Of a stretch of DNA of 64,000 nt, positions 51,556 to 64,000 are shown piece after piece (position 1 is the first letter of the stretch; each line of letters starts with the position of its first letter). The position numbers and the translations under genes are program-made. The stretch lies in the NCBI RefSeq assembly GCF_964204645.1, contig NC_134027.1:22220560-22284559 (forward strand), in the 5' to 3' direction. The notes under the pieces were generated by a model. That model did no database searches and was not told the origin of the DNA. It was given only the letters and a program-made list of their open reading frames with translations. Origin of the DNA: Tubulanus polymorphus. Its lineage: Eukaryota > Animalia > Nemertea.

Positions 51556-52109
51556 TCGTTTTGTATTTCGCAATTATTTGTATAAAGATCTGTATTCCTG
51601 TCTTTTAACCAGGCGTTCTTTTTATCTGTGATAAGTGTTGGATATGCCTCACTTTTTTGCTTTTATCTAAAACTGGTGTATACCTGAGTTTGCTGTTAAT
51701 GTGTCAATTACAAACGATGTTTTTATTGTTTATGCTGAATAAAGTTTTGAATTTGTATTTGTATTGGATGATTTGAATAACGATCGATATCAATTCCATT
51801 TACAAACAGCCTGTTGGCTGGATGAGAAACTCCAATGCCTGATTCGCAGTATATATGCGAGTAGTTAAAACATACCGTTTTTAACTGCAGCTGCCGACAA
51901 CGCACATAAATTAGCAGATATCGTGGTACATGTAGCTCATGGTGGAATTGTGATCCTAAAAATTGGTTTGTATGTAGAAAAGCATAGTTTCCACGATAAG
52001 CGGTCGCTGGGAAAAGACCGGCGGTTACAACTCTTCATCATATTGTAACTTCGAGGCATACCATAACATTTGATTCTATTCCAGTTGATTTAGTCAGATG
52101 AAAACAAGA

Positions 52110-52330
52110 TCTTCTCTGTTTCTGTTTCTGTTTCGGTACGTTGGCGTAACCACTTCTGGCATTGAATGTCTACGGTGGAGCGAGGGCGAAATGTCTATTG
52201 AGGGGGGCGAGCAGATGAGTTCTCGGAACTCGGCTACCGAAAATCCTGGTTTCACTACGCTGCTTTCAAGATGGTTCCACTCAAGTGTAGTCCTAACGAA
52301 AAACGAGTTTTTGTACTGGTCGTTTAAATC
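52110..52330 (-). mobile_element. 5'-truncated LINE (non-LTR retrotransposon) 3' end
   Basis: Peptide YKNSFFVRTTLEWNHL resembles the SFF.R....WN.L motif at the end of CR1/L2-group ORF2, followed by a short UTR and an (AGAAAC)n tail. Confidence 0.65.
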
Positions 52331-52885
52331 GGCAAGAAAGACCGCCATTTTGTTCCAGTTTGTTTACTTCTTTGTGCATATGAGCAGTGTGTACCATGTG
52401 ATCTGGGTAAGTTTATTTTTTAAGGGGAGAGGACATTGCTCGCACGTGTTTCACTACGCTGGCACGGCCGCAATGGTTACGCTATCACAGGCCTAAATCA
52501 TTTCCAAACGGCATTGTTTTGATAGCTTTGACAAAGCCAGGTGTGTTTTGAGGTATGCACACCCAAAACTAAGCGAAATATCCCAAAAAGATCGTGGACA
52601 ATCAAAAATAAATAGACTTTAGTCGTGATTGCTTTCTTCTATCGGCTAGGCGTGGGAGATTTAGTGACCGTAATGTTACTTAGAACTTCTGTAATGTTGC
52701 TTAGAACTGTCGGTATTCATGGATGAAATCATAAGATATTGAGTCGGTCGCATAGTCCATGGTGAACTTTTCATCATCTTTTTGCCGAATTGGGAGTAAT
52801 GTCTCCGATGTTTGAGATGTGACTTCGTCCCTTGTTGGACGGGTTTGAAGGGAAATCTATTGCAATTTTATCCCCACACAATCAT

Positions 52886-53983
52886 TTATATGCACAATCC
52901 TCGTGATTTGATTGAATCAATTTTACCGTTACTCTTACAGCAGTTGTGACCAAGAATATCAAAAGCTACTTTTCTGAACTTGTCATTCGTCAGACAATAC
53001 ACGAAAAAATTTACAGACGAATCGATGATGGAGAATGCTAAAGCTATCACCCTCATGCCCACGAGCTTGGGGACATATCTTAAGTTCATTAAACGGTCGA
53101 TAAAACCAAAACCTTCACAAATGATGAACAACATAACTACTGATAAAACCATCCTTAAAACCCTCATTTCTCGTTTAGACGACTCGTTAGACGTTACACC
53201 GAGCTCTGAACGTCGACTCACTCGACGGAACAATGTCACAGAAATAAGCAGAATATTTATAGCCGCTAAAAAGCATACTGGGATCATAACAGTAAGATAC
53301 ATGAATAGAAAATGTGTAGATACTTTGAACTTCCATTTCGTATGCTCAATCCAACCATTCCAGTTCACAGCTTTACCACGCATCGTAATGTACGGCCAAT
53401 TGTCAGGACAGTTCATGAATTGAATGTGATTGGAGGGTAGAAAGTGAATAAAATGACCACAGAAACTTAATAATGCAACGAACATCATCGCCACTACTAA
53501 GAGTAATTTTTTGGGCAATTTACGAGATTTTATCGGGAACAAAACGACGATTAACCGCTCTAGACTGAGCAGTACAGTGCACCAGTTACGCGTCATTTGA
53601 AACATGTAGAAAAACGGCAAGGCGACTGAGATGAAAACGAAGCCGAAAATCCAGTCATTTCTGCGAAATAAAATATCTCCCAGAACGGTGTAAATGTACG
53701 CAGTTCTCAGCGGATACAGAACGAATGTAGCGATCATAAACAGCAGATCGTTTAAAGCGAGAACTTTGATAAGAAAATAGTTATCGGATTTGAATTGTTT
53801 TAGAACTGATACCGTGAATGCGTTGCATATTATACCAAGTACGGATGCCGGTAGATACCAGCCTAGGTATACATAAACACTGAATTTGTTGAGCCATTCA
53901 ACCGGGCGAGCTTTAAAAATCTGGCACAGGTTGGGTCGTGTTGTCAATTCGGTGCTTCCACTCGAAATGTTAAAATCGAGCAT
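52886..53983 (-). CDS. Inverted copy of the 365-aa GPCR (identical protein)
   Basis: Translation identical to 47451-48548. Confidence 0.9.
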   Translation of the reverse strand: MLDFNISSGSTELTTRPNLCQIFKARPVEWLNKFSVYVYLGWYLPASVLGIICNAFTVSVLKQFKSDNYFLIKVLALNDLLFMIATFVLYPLRTAYIYTVLGDILFRRNDWIFGFVFISVALPFFYMFQMTRNWCTVLLSLERLIVVLFPIKSRKLPKKLLLVVAMMFVALLSFCGHFIHFLPSNHIQFMNCPDNWPYITMRGKAVNWNGWIEHTKWKFKVSTHFLFMYLTVMIPVCFLAAINILLISVTLFRRVSRRSELGVTSNESSKREMRVLRMVLSVVMLFIICEGFGFIDRLMNLRYVPKLVGMRVIALAFSIIDSSVNFFVYCLTNDKFRKVAFDILGHNCCKSNGKIDSIKSRGLCI

Positions 53984-55807
53984 CGCACTATACTGAAATT
54001 AATGAAACTCTTGTTAAACTGCGATAAACGCCTTCAAAAAGCTGAAACCAATATAATCGCGATACATGATAACACGGAAGGTACAATGGTTAATGGCACC
54101 GAACATTCGTTCACCGTGTAATCGAAACGTAATTATGAAAGTGCCTGCAACGATTCCAATATTAAGTTTCCAATTAAAAAACTTGTCCCTGTCTCGACAT
54201 ACACCGTGGAGAAAGTAGGCTATGTGTATTTATGATGTGCATAGTCAAAGTTAAAATCAATGAAAAACGAGGCAATCGTAGTTAACCAGACAGTATCAGA
54301 TCGATTTGTCAGACTCACCGACGTTATTCGAAATCTAGGTTTATTCAAGTATCAGGCCATACAAATTGAGATTTATAAATGTTGGTGATATCTCTTAAAA
54401 CGTGATATACATAGGAAGTAATTTTGTGTGTTTGTGTGTAGAAAACTTAGTAATTCGATTATAGGCGGATGAATGATTAGCAGAACCAGCTGCTCCACGT
54501 TCTCTCGGTTAAACTTTCAAACCTTATCTCTACCCCCTTCCCCTCTTTCGGATAAACCATAAGGATTCGTAAGAAATAGACGCATCAATCAATATCATGG
54601 CTTGGGAATATGAATTAAGACACTACATTATCCCCAAATGACATTTTGTTTAATCTATCACATCGATCAGTTCTTTTCTGTTTTCTATTCACCTGGAGGA
54701 TTTGATCCATGCGAAACAGAGTCAGTAAACAAAACGAGTTCAGAAGAACCAAAGTACGTACCCCTCGGATTCTGATCACTCTTGCCCTTCAAGATCATGC
54801 ACAATTATATCTTTGCTCGATTTGAAATACTCGGATGGATTTTGTCAAGTGTAAAAACGAAGATATTTTTTTCAGATTTTCATCTTTTTGTCTTATTTCA
54901 CACATCACAAATAATTCCAGAAAAGAGAATCAGTCACCATAAAAACCTCCCAACAATTCAGGACAAGATTATCAACAAAATGGCAGCTTGCAACTATATA
55001 AATAAGTTCTTCGCGAAAACTGTTTGATGAATTAACATTGTTCTAAAATGAAGAGAAATTAAAATGCATGATATACGTAGATCTCAAACCATTGCTCTTA
55101 TTCCTTCTTTCGGGCGGAGTACTTCACGCCCAACTTCAGAGTATTTTTTTAAATGAAATCAATCGTTCCAATCTGATCTAGCTTTTGTTTTAGAGTTCGT
55201 TTGTTCGTTAAACCGTGGAGACGACGGTGCTATTCTCGATTAAGGTGCTGCAAGTGGTAGTAGATTAATTGTATTAAGTTTTATTTACTGTATTTTGTAT
55301 TCTGCTTTGTACGCTATGCTCTAAATCATATTTGAAAATAAAGCATTCATTCATTCATTCCTTCATTCATTCATTTGAGACCCTCGAGAACTTCAAGCGT
55401 AGTAACAGTAATCCACTCAGTGGCGCTAGGCCCCTGGTTAATTCAGTTGTTAATCGGGTCGACACCTACGTTCTTTGAAGTTGCAATCGTTTTTATAAAA
55501 CCAATATACTGATTCTCCCCTTCAAATTTCACTTGTATACTTATTGTATATTTCACTATCGGCCAACACGCGAAAATATTTACGTAAAAGACGTTAGACG
55601 TGCAAAATTCATAAGCGATAACGTGGCTAGATGATTTGCGTAGAGAAGTAGGCATTCTAAATAGTATAGTTTATTTCGCATAATAGATTGATACAAAGAT
55701 ATGTAGTTATACAATACGATACAGTATGAAAATATAATAACAATCAATCATCGTAGCAATAGATGTTCATGTGCATTCCCTCAAACATCGGCTAACACGC
55801 GAAAACG

Positions 55808-56782
55808 CTATACCTTCTTTTCGTTCTTAACGAACCAACATATTTTCGCCATTACGAAACACCTAACATCCTTTCCTAGTAGTAAATAAATGTAGAAATT
55901 GATCGCGTAGTTGAAACTTTGTAGCAAGGACAAACCGGTTAGAACGGTCTGCATACCGGCTGACGCTGAAACCCTAAATGCGGTGGACGTAGTCGGCAAA
56001 GTAGTCGCTGCAAAAATGCAACTGACCGTCACAAGCATTATAGTAGTTTGTCTAGTCCGCGCTAGTTTGACGCTTCCCGTTCCGAAATCGCGTTGCTGGT
56101 ACAAAGTGCCGATGATAATACCGTTCGATACGATGATCAGCGTAATGGGAATAACGTAGATATACGTGACGATGAAGCTGAATAAACTTTGCTGTTCGGT
56201 CAGTTCGTAGTAACATTCTATTCGGACCGTATAATGCATTAGGATGATATGAGGCGTGGCGACGATGCCGTTGACGACTAACACTCCGGCGACGACCAGG
56301 CGCGCGAAACCCGCCGTGCACAGCACACGCGTCATCATAGGATAGAGAACCAGCGCTAGTCATTCGACCGAGATGACGACGATAAACCACGAGCTACAGT
56401 AGATGCAAAAGTTGAAAACGAATTCGTAAATTCGGCACACCAGAACGTCGCTTAGTCCGATATCGACGGCGTTACCGTTGAGTTCGACGAGGTAGCGAAC
56501 GAACGGCATACACGAAAAGCCGATAGTCGTGCCGAAATCCGTCAGCGATAACGCCGCGAGATAGTTCGCGTAGGAAAGGCGGCGAAATTTCGCGCTGGTC
56601 ATGACCAGGCAACTGGCCGTGTTTCCGAAGAGACTGAGAGCAAAAACGCACGGCGAAACGAAATGGGAAAAGCTTCCGACGGACATCAATTTCGCCGTCG
56701 GTCGATTCGAAAGACTGGTAAAAATCATAAAAGCGAAATAGGGCCGACCGATTTCGTTGGAAGTGTGATTGGTCAATTTCAT
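55808..56782 (-). pseudogene. Inverted copy of the stop-interrupted GPCR (same TGA at 56362-56360)
   Basis: Same frame and same TGA-CTAG; 5 amino-acid differences from the left-arm copy. Confidence 0.85.
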
Positions 56783-57109
56783 TTCGAAGGTTGTTTTATA
56801 AAGATCGCCTCGCGTAGAACGATGGATGCTATAGCGATTTGATATACGTTACAGTGCTTTTTAAAGTACCGTTGGAATTGAATAGAAGCTATCTCATAAT
56901 ACCGAACTGTGATATCCACGACGTCTCGTACGAAATGTAACCTAAGTCTTCCGCATCATTAAAACGATATCTGATATATACGAAGATGTGGTTAGAGATG
57001 AGTCGATGGCGCCGCCACGTCTTTCGCCGTCTGAAATCGAAGAAGAAAATCGAATTTCAATGTTTGAGATACCGCAGTTAGTTAATAATGACTTTCCAAC
57101 GTTAACTGC

Positions 57110-57313
<204 letters not shown>

Positions 57314-57514
57314 TACACTATATCATAAAGATTTCTGCATAAAGCAGTATGAAGGTTGCTTACGTAGTTGTGATAGAGACATTTAAACATATTGACACAC
57401 GGGGAATAAGATAATTTGATAATGCATCGGAATTTCAGTCGTGTGTTTTGAAATACTGCCGACGTCAGAATCAATTTAACGCGTAATTCGCGACGTGCTA
57501 ATGCGGCAATCACA

Positions 57515-58579
57515 ATGACGAATAGTACACCAACGTGTGATGAAAATTTCATCATATCGGATCGTTTCGTAGTGCGGGTCTCATGTGTGCCCGTATTGCT
57601 TACTTCGGGTATTTTACTCAACAGTCTCAGTATTGTGATTCTAAAACGACAGTCGTCACAGCATAGGTCGCTATTTCTCCTCCGAACTTTGGCTGTCGCT
57701 GATATCTTATTTCTCATCGTCAAATTCATTCGCGATGTCGTTCGGCCGGTGCTCGACTTTTTGGTTTATGGGGCTGTGCTTGAACGCCGTCCACGTGGAG
57801 CGACGTATTTTGGATTTCATTGGATTTATTTTGCCATGCAACTCTTCAACCGATCGACGAAATTGACAAGGAATTGGATAACGGTACTGATAATTACTGA
57901 ACGGGTAATAAGTCTTGGTTTCCCGTTGTTTGCGCAGGCTCACGTCACCAAACGACGCTTACTTAAATGCGTTTGTGCGCTATACGTTTTCTTCGCATGC
58001 CTCGGACTGAGCGCTTTTCTGAATCACGGGACTCACTACTATTGGCGGGATGTCTGTACTGGAATGTACGTTCCGGCAATAACGAAAAGAAAATTAAGTC
58101 GAATTGAAAACCAAATAACATATTACGTAGAATTAGTTTTGACATCGCTTTTCACAAATTTAATACCAGTTTTATTTCTCATTATCCTCAATATGGCTCT
58201 CGTAATTGTGTTAAGACAAATTGGCAAAAGAAGAAAACAGCTCGGCACCCAGGATTCTAGGTTTAGCAGTGTCGATCGGAAAGCTACTAGAATGGCGGTT
58301 GCCATTGTTATGTTGTTCATCGTTTTAGAATTTCCTACGTCGATTGGCGTTTATGAATATATCCTAGTGCAAGCAGGCTTGCCACAGCCGAAACATAACG
58401 ATCCACACGTGATGGGAAAGCTATCAATGATAGGATCCGACATAATGACTCCATTAGACTCAACCATGAATTATTTCGTATATTGTGCAACCAACGATAG
58501 ATTCAGGGTCGAAACGGTGAAATTGTTAAAAGGTTTTGGGAGGGCGTGTCGCTGTTTAAGACAAACGCGTTGCGATTAG
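57515..58579 (+). CDS. Inverted intact copy of the 354-aa GPCR
   Basis: Three amino-acid differences from 42806-43870 (L/V near the N-terminus; PRHNDPD vs PKHNDPH). Confidence 0.9.
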   Translation: MTNSTPTCDENFIISDRFVVRVSCVPVLLTSGILLNSLSIVILKRQSSQHRSLFLLRTLAVADILFLIVKFIRDVVRPVLDFLVYGAVLERRPRGATYFGFHWIYFAMQLFNRSTKLTRNWITVLIITERVISLGFPLFAQAHVTKRRLLKCVCALYVFFACLGLSAFLNHGTHYYWRDVCTGMYVPAITKRKLSRIENQITYYVELVLTSLFTNLIPVLFLIILNMALVIVLRQIGKRRKQLGTQDSRFSSVDRKATRMAVAIVMLFIVLEFPTSIGVYEYILVQAGLPQPKHNDPHVMGKLSMIGSDIMTPLDSTMNYFVYCATNDRFRVETVKLLKGFGRACRCLRQTRCD

Positions 58580-58902
58580 AACGGACACGATACTCCCGTG
58601 TTTATGCATGTGTTTCAAATATCTTCCAGCGTCATTTGAGAAAAAAACTTCGACATCGACTCGACTTATTGTGGATGCATATGTTATCTGACTTTGTAAT
58701 CACTTCAATCGAGTTGTATGTATTTCATCGTTATAACTAAGAACCCAGAGGCTATATTCAGTCAGGATTAAGTCCAAAATCCAAATAGAACTAGGTGTTT
58801 TTATCAACGAGATTCGGCTACATCCCGTCGGTTGTATAACCTTGTGATATATTCAGTAGTCGTTTTATATTAAGTATATGAATTTACAGCAGATCCCAGT
58901 GA

Positions 58903-59501
58903 GGCCACACCAAAAGAAAACCCTGTTTTCTGTCCCGACCGACCGATATTTCCCCATTTCAAATAATCATTTTCAAAATAAAGTATAATCGCCTACCGAC
59001 CCTTTTTGAAAATTTTGGGTGAAATAACTTTTTTCAAAAATATATATGTGGCCGACCGACTACCAAACTCTCCTTTCTCGTAAATTTTTTTTATATCAAA
59101 TCGTGATGTCGGCACTGAGATCAACATCATAAAAACATTTCATTATATCGGATTTAAAATTTGATTCTGGAAATGGGTCAGCCATGCTCAGACAACTTTG
59201 CTAATCGGACATTGATGGCGACCTTGGATTGTAAAATTCCAGGAATTCCGTGAAATATGTTCAAAATATAGTTTTTTATATAGTTAATTGTACAAACACC
59301 TCAATTTCCTTTTATTATTGTGGTCTACTAGCTGTTAATCATATTCCTGACTAAAAATTTAGTCCAGTAAAAATTATTTACGGCAACCTACCCACTGATA
59401 GAAGAATAAACGATATTTTTTTCCATAAAAGGAAAAGAAAATGTCCTAACTACCCATTTTGGTGATTGCCCCGCGCGAGGAACAGGATTTTTTGTGTGGC
59501 C
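58903..59501. mobile_element. PIF/Harbinger-type MITE, right-arm copy
   Basis: Same TIR and TSD, inverted. Confidence 0.78.
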
Positions 59502-61750
59502 TGATATATATCCGATCACCGTTAATCCTGCTTTTAAACAAACACAAATACCTACATCTGATATCAAAGAGGACAAGAAAGAATCCCATTTTACTGGAAA
59601 AGTTCTTATTCATCATGATAAAACGAATGAGTCGTATACAGTCAACTATTTCAGTTCATGATGAAAGCTGATCGAAGTACATGTATAATTAACGTTGTAG
59701 CTTTTGGTACAAGTTGTGAAACTAAATTAGGCAACGATGCTCCTGGATGTCGTGCGGGCGCTTTACATTCACGGTGTGCACGTTATTGTGAGGCAAATAC
59801 GAACCAAGTCGAACCAATACAAGTGATAAGGATTATTGCATTAGGAGCGTTTATCAATAAATGATCCGCTGTCATTTAGGATTGATGACATGATAATCAT
59901 ATCAACACAGACAGATATCTCCTTAATATAAGTATTGCTCCGCTTTACTAATTAAGCTTCTCTGAAACTTGTTCACCTTCATAACCATTCTAACCAATGC
60001 ACTGTTGAGCTCGACGTCGAATATTGACACATCGGATTCAAAATTTCTCAAAATCTGTTACCTTCTGAACACGAAATCTTCAATTCCTGCTGGCGATAGT
60101 TGAAATACTTTGGTTTTTACAATTCTCCACAGGGAAACATCACACGGAATGTAAACCAGTAATTTCGTGATTTTGAATCAATTTTTTTTCACCTGGCAAC
60201 TGGTCATCAACATTGAATATACACAATGGGACAATCTGTAATTTTGGTTCTTCTCAATTTTTAAAGCCATTCAAAAACACGGTAGCGCTCAACCATGCAT
60301 GACGTATTTTTGCCCAGTTGTATACAAAGCCGACCTACGCCCGGCTTTAATCTCCCATACACTTCCCTCTGGCGTCTCTTCTATAAGTCTCTGGTTGAAC
60401 TTTGTATTTCAATCTTTTTTAAAGCAATTGAAATAAAATTTAACCCCTCTCGTTACTTTCCAAAAAATTGATTACAAAACTAAGGTATTTCTTTGCGTGG
60501 CCTTAAGTAAATGGAAAGGCATATTTTCCACCTTGGTGAAACCCACTGTCCGTGTTGAAACGATGATAGGTAAGATTCCATGATGCAAAAAGAAAGACTC
60601 CGAAAAGGTTGATACGTCGGGATTCATGCTTGAATCTGTATTGAGAGATACATTTTCCTTATACGGAAATTGTGGTGCGTTTATTCGTGAATGTGGTTTT
60701 CAACGCTAGGCAGGTTCATTTACAAGTCAACTTGCCTGGTGTCGGAAATAGTAAAATCGGTTTTTTAGCTTTTAGGAAATATATTGTTGGTCTTTCAGGA
60801 AATATATTCCTGAAATATATTTCGGCTATCAGCGGTTGAACAATAAATAGCGAACAAGAAAATACGAGAGTTGGAGTTCATGGCCAGTGTTGCTATCATC
60901 AGACTCTACTGGCGCCATACATAACAATAAATAGTTATGTAAATAAACATGTCTTGGAATAACTTGAAAATTCTCATAGCGAAACCAATGGTTAGGCCAT
61001 GGGCTACGGCGAGTGCAAAAAGAATTTTTTTTCAGAATAATGTGGCGTGTGGAGGAATGTAAACACTCCATACATGGGTCGGTGGAATGTTATGACGTAT
61101 GATTGCGTAACAATCTGTGAATACCAAACCATGTGTAGTTAAGGGCCTGCACACGTCGTAGAGAGGGCGTTTAGAGATACGTAGAATGTATACATCCGAC
61201 ACCAACAGAAAATAAAGATGGATAGATAGACTTAATAAGTCGTGCGAGTTGTTTTACATTAAGAGGATCATAAGCAGGTCGAGGAACCACAATGACCAGA
61301 AGATCCAATGGTAAAACACAGAAGAACAACTACCAAAACAGTTACCCGGTTGAAAATGCTCTGGTGAATAAATTATAAATGCTGCACTAGTGCAGTTTTG
61401 GCATTTCGAAATATTGACATTACATTATCTACCTTATAATTGTCTACGCGATGGATCTATAAGAAACATTAAGAATTATGAATAATTGATGAAATTGATG
61501 TAAAGGCGGGTGAAATAGCTTAAGTAATGGTCGACCGGTAGACAGGCTGTAACCTATTTTCATCGTTTACTCTAGCTGTCGACTGTCAACGGTCATTTGC
61601 TGTTATAACACTAACCGGTGAACGCAGTGTTACTTGACACACGCACTTTAATGCCGTACACAAAGCTTGACCGGTTTAATTAGATCGACTATATGATATA
61701 CATCACTATTCGACATTCGTTCTGTAATTGTGGGATTTTAGGGCGTTATT

Positions 61751-64000
61751 TTACAACGGTGTCAACTGAAGAGCGTTATTGTTATTGCATCCCCCGCATT
61801 GTGCGCGGCATTTGATATTCATGATTTGTCTATTGGCAGTAAACGTCGGGCCGACCTTGTTCGATCTACCGTATCCGTATTTCTTCCACGTTACCTGAAA
61901 TCATAAAATAGTTAGCAATAGACGTCGAGGGAACGGTAGCAAGGTTATGCCAGGCCTGGCGCATAGGATAACGGCGACGCTGTGGTGACAAGCGAGGATT
62001 CCATGAGTATACACCAGGTTTGCTAATGTAGCTGTACACCTGTTTCTCTCTTTTCTCAATTTCAATTAGAATCAATTCAAAATTATCAAAAACTAAAGAC
62101 TGGAGATTGAGAGAAGCACATTGCGGCAACTATAAACTATTTTGGCGGTTATTTCAACCATATGTAATTTTCACGATTATAATTTTTTCGCGTCGTCAAA
62201 ACCGTTACAATAATGTTAACATACATTGAACTGTGCGTTAAGGGGTTCTGTTTGAGTTGATGTGCACTACGTTATCAATATTGGCGTTTGAAAAAAACAA
62301 TCATCAAAATTGGCGTTTTGTTTTGTGATTGAACTTATCCTATGAATCATATTTTTCATTTGATTTCATATCTTTTTCAAATTTTTGAGAGAATGTACGC
62401 TACACCATTAATATATCGGAGCTAGACTGGCTGCCGGTCAATTCAATTAATTATCGATATGAAATTTAAATTCAAAATATCTTTATTGGCCCTTTATATC
62501 CTATCAACTAGGTCATATTTATGAATCGTTGCCGACAATATTAAGCAATATGTATGAGTCATTCTTCAAGGCGTCAATAAACTTTCAAGTTACTTTTCTC
62601 TTTTATTTACTTATTCCAGTTTTTTAATTTGGCAATCCCTAGCAATGTAGAGAGAATCCCACAATTATAACGAAAAAGTCCGAAAATGTAACTTCGAGAT
62701 AGTAGTTTATTTCAACGTTTCGACTATATTCTAATAGTCATTAGAAACGTTGAAATAAACTACTATCTCGAAGTTACAATTTCGGAATTTTTCGTTATAA
62801 TTGTGGGATTCTCTCTACATCGCGTCAACACGGATATAGTGTTCTATCAATCGTGATAATTCCTAGCAATTATCAAATTAGCAAAGAACGTGTATCTCAA
62901 TCATACTGTATAATCATACTGTATACTTCCACGGAAAAAAAAACGATTTTCAACGAACGATTCCAATGAATATTCTCGGCAAATGAAAAAAAATATATTC
63001 ACAAGTACAGTCAAGCTGGCCTAATGACCATGCAATTATCTTCAATTTTCAGTTGAACAAACCCATTCGATTCGTCTAGTTATAAATGCTCAAGGTTAAG
63101 CTAACTAACCCCAGGGGCTATCTTGAATCCGGTTTGAGTCAAGTCAATCCTTGCCGCGCCCATTCCAGAGTTGTATCTAGCACACGCTTTCGCTTCGCCG
63201 TATTTCACTTTCTTAGTCGGGTTACAATTGACGGAAGCGAATGTATAATCTGCCTTGTTAACGATGTAATTCTGAAATATGAAGGAAAATAACGTTATTT
63301 TTCGTATACGGTACACTTCGATATCCGTATTTGTTTGTTGAACTTTTGACCTGATGTATACGCTATCAATAAACTCTGTTGTCAATCACGCTAGAAAACA
63401 GTTGAATGGGCTACCATCGAAAATTCATAAAGACTACACTGCGAAAGTATTCAGGTACGTTCGACAAACTACTTTTCTCGATAAAGATTTTTTACAACTC
63501 ATTTCCGACGTTTCTGTTATAAAGAATACAATTCTCTGCCAGTCGAGAAACTTCGATTTCCAATATATTGGTTGTTTTTTTTCTCTAATTTCCAACGTGC
63601 TGTTAACTCGAATAATGGGGCAGATCTTTATTGCGTCAATTTGACACGGCATACGTTCATCGCATACTCGTTATTCAACAAGTACAGAAAAGTATTACCT
63701 ATATCACTTTGAAGTACCATCAACAGGTTACCATCAATCAATAAATCATATTCAGCACGACGTACGTAGACCTACGTCTGTAGATATTACAATGATATTA
63801 GATAAAATATTTACTTACCCAAATAGAAATACGAACTCGCGAGAATTTGATGTAACACCAGTCCTTCCACACTCTATATATCCCTTTTTTCTTCGCCTCG
63901 CTGAAGTTATTTTTCGGCCCGGCCGGAAGCGGAAGGTACTCTCTAGGTGTTAGTGACGTCATCGCGTGGCAAAAGATTCTGAATTTTCGTTTATACGCAC
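61751..64000 (-). CDS. PAN/Apple + GON-domain protein, copy 4 (3' part; 5' exons beyond the window)
   Basis: Exon 5 at 61894-61751, exon 4 at 63271-63110 and exon 3 from beyond 64000 to 63819; intact splice sites. Confidence 0.85.
62647..62861. mobile_element. Fold-back insertion with a 9-bp TSD, copy 4
   Basis: Flanked by cctagcaat on both sides; same as 25499-25713. Confidence 0.85.

Noticed and set aside
52393-52412. atctgg|gtaagt resembling the exon 3 donor of the PAN-GON gene
   Set aside because: Upstream sequence has no GON similarity and it lies downstream of the orphan exons.

Overview
AT-rich, intron-containing animal DNA, probably a marine invertebrate (the taxon cannot be fixed from sequence alone). 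The left part holds the last exon of a HAUS4-like gene, a decayed secreted Ig-like gene, a 5' GPCR fragment and an intact single-exon class A GPCR. Positions 8.3-43.7 kb are a head-to-tail triplication of an 11-12 kb unit whose junctions are filled with (TA)n. Each unit carries an intact 5-exon gene for a 305-aa secreted PAN/Apple + stand-alone GON-domain protein (including a 34-nt micro-exon the ORF track misses), a decayed head-to-head minus-strand gene, and a convergent FMRFamide-receptor-like GPCR that is complete only in unit 3. Positions 36.6-64 kb form a large palindrome (arms 36568-49041 and 52393->64000, 3351-bp spacer). It duplicates three GPCR genes and the GON gene, and its spacer holds two intact orphan exons of a divergent GON paralog. 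One duplicated GPCR is intact except for a TGA at the conserved Arg of the (D/E)R(Y) motif, in the readthrough-prone context TGA-CTAG, making it a candidate pseudo-pseudogene. Several MITEs, a fold-back insertion with a 9-bp TSD, a LINE 3' end and microsatellites are also present. All calls come from manual reading; no database searches were run.
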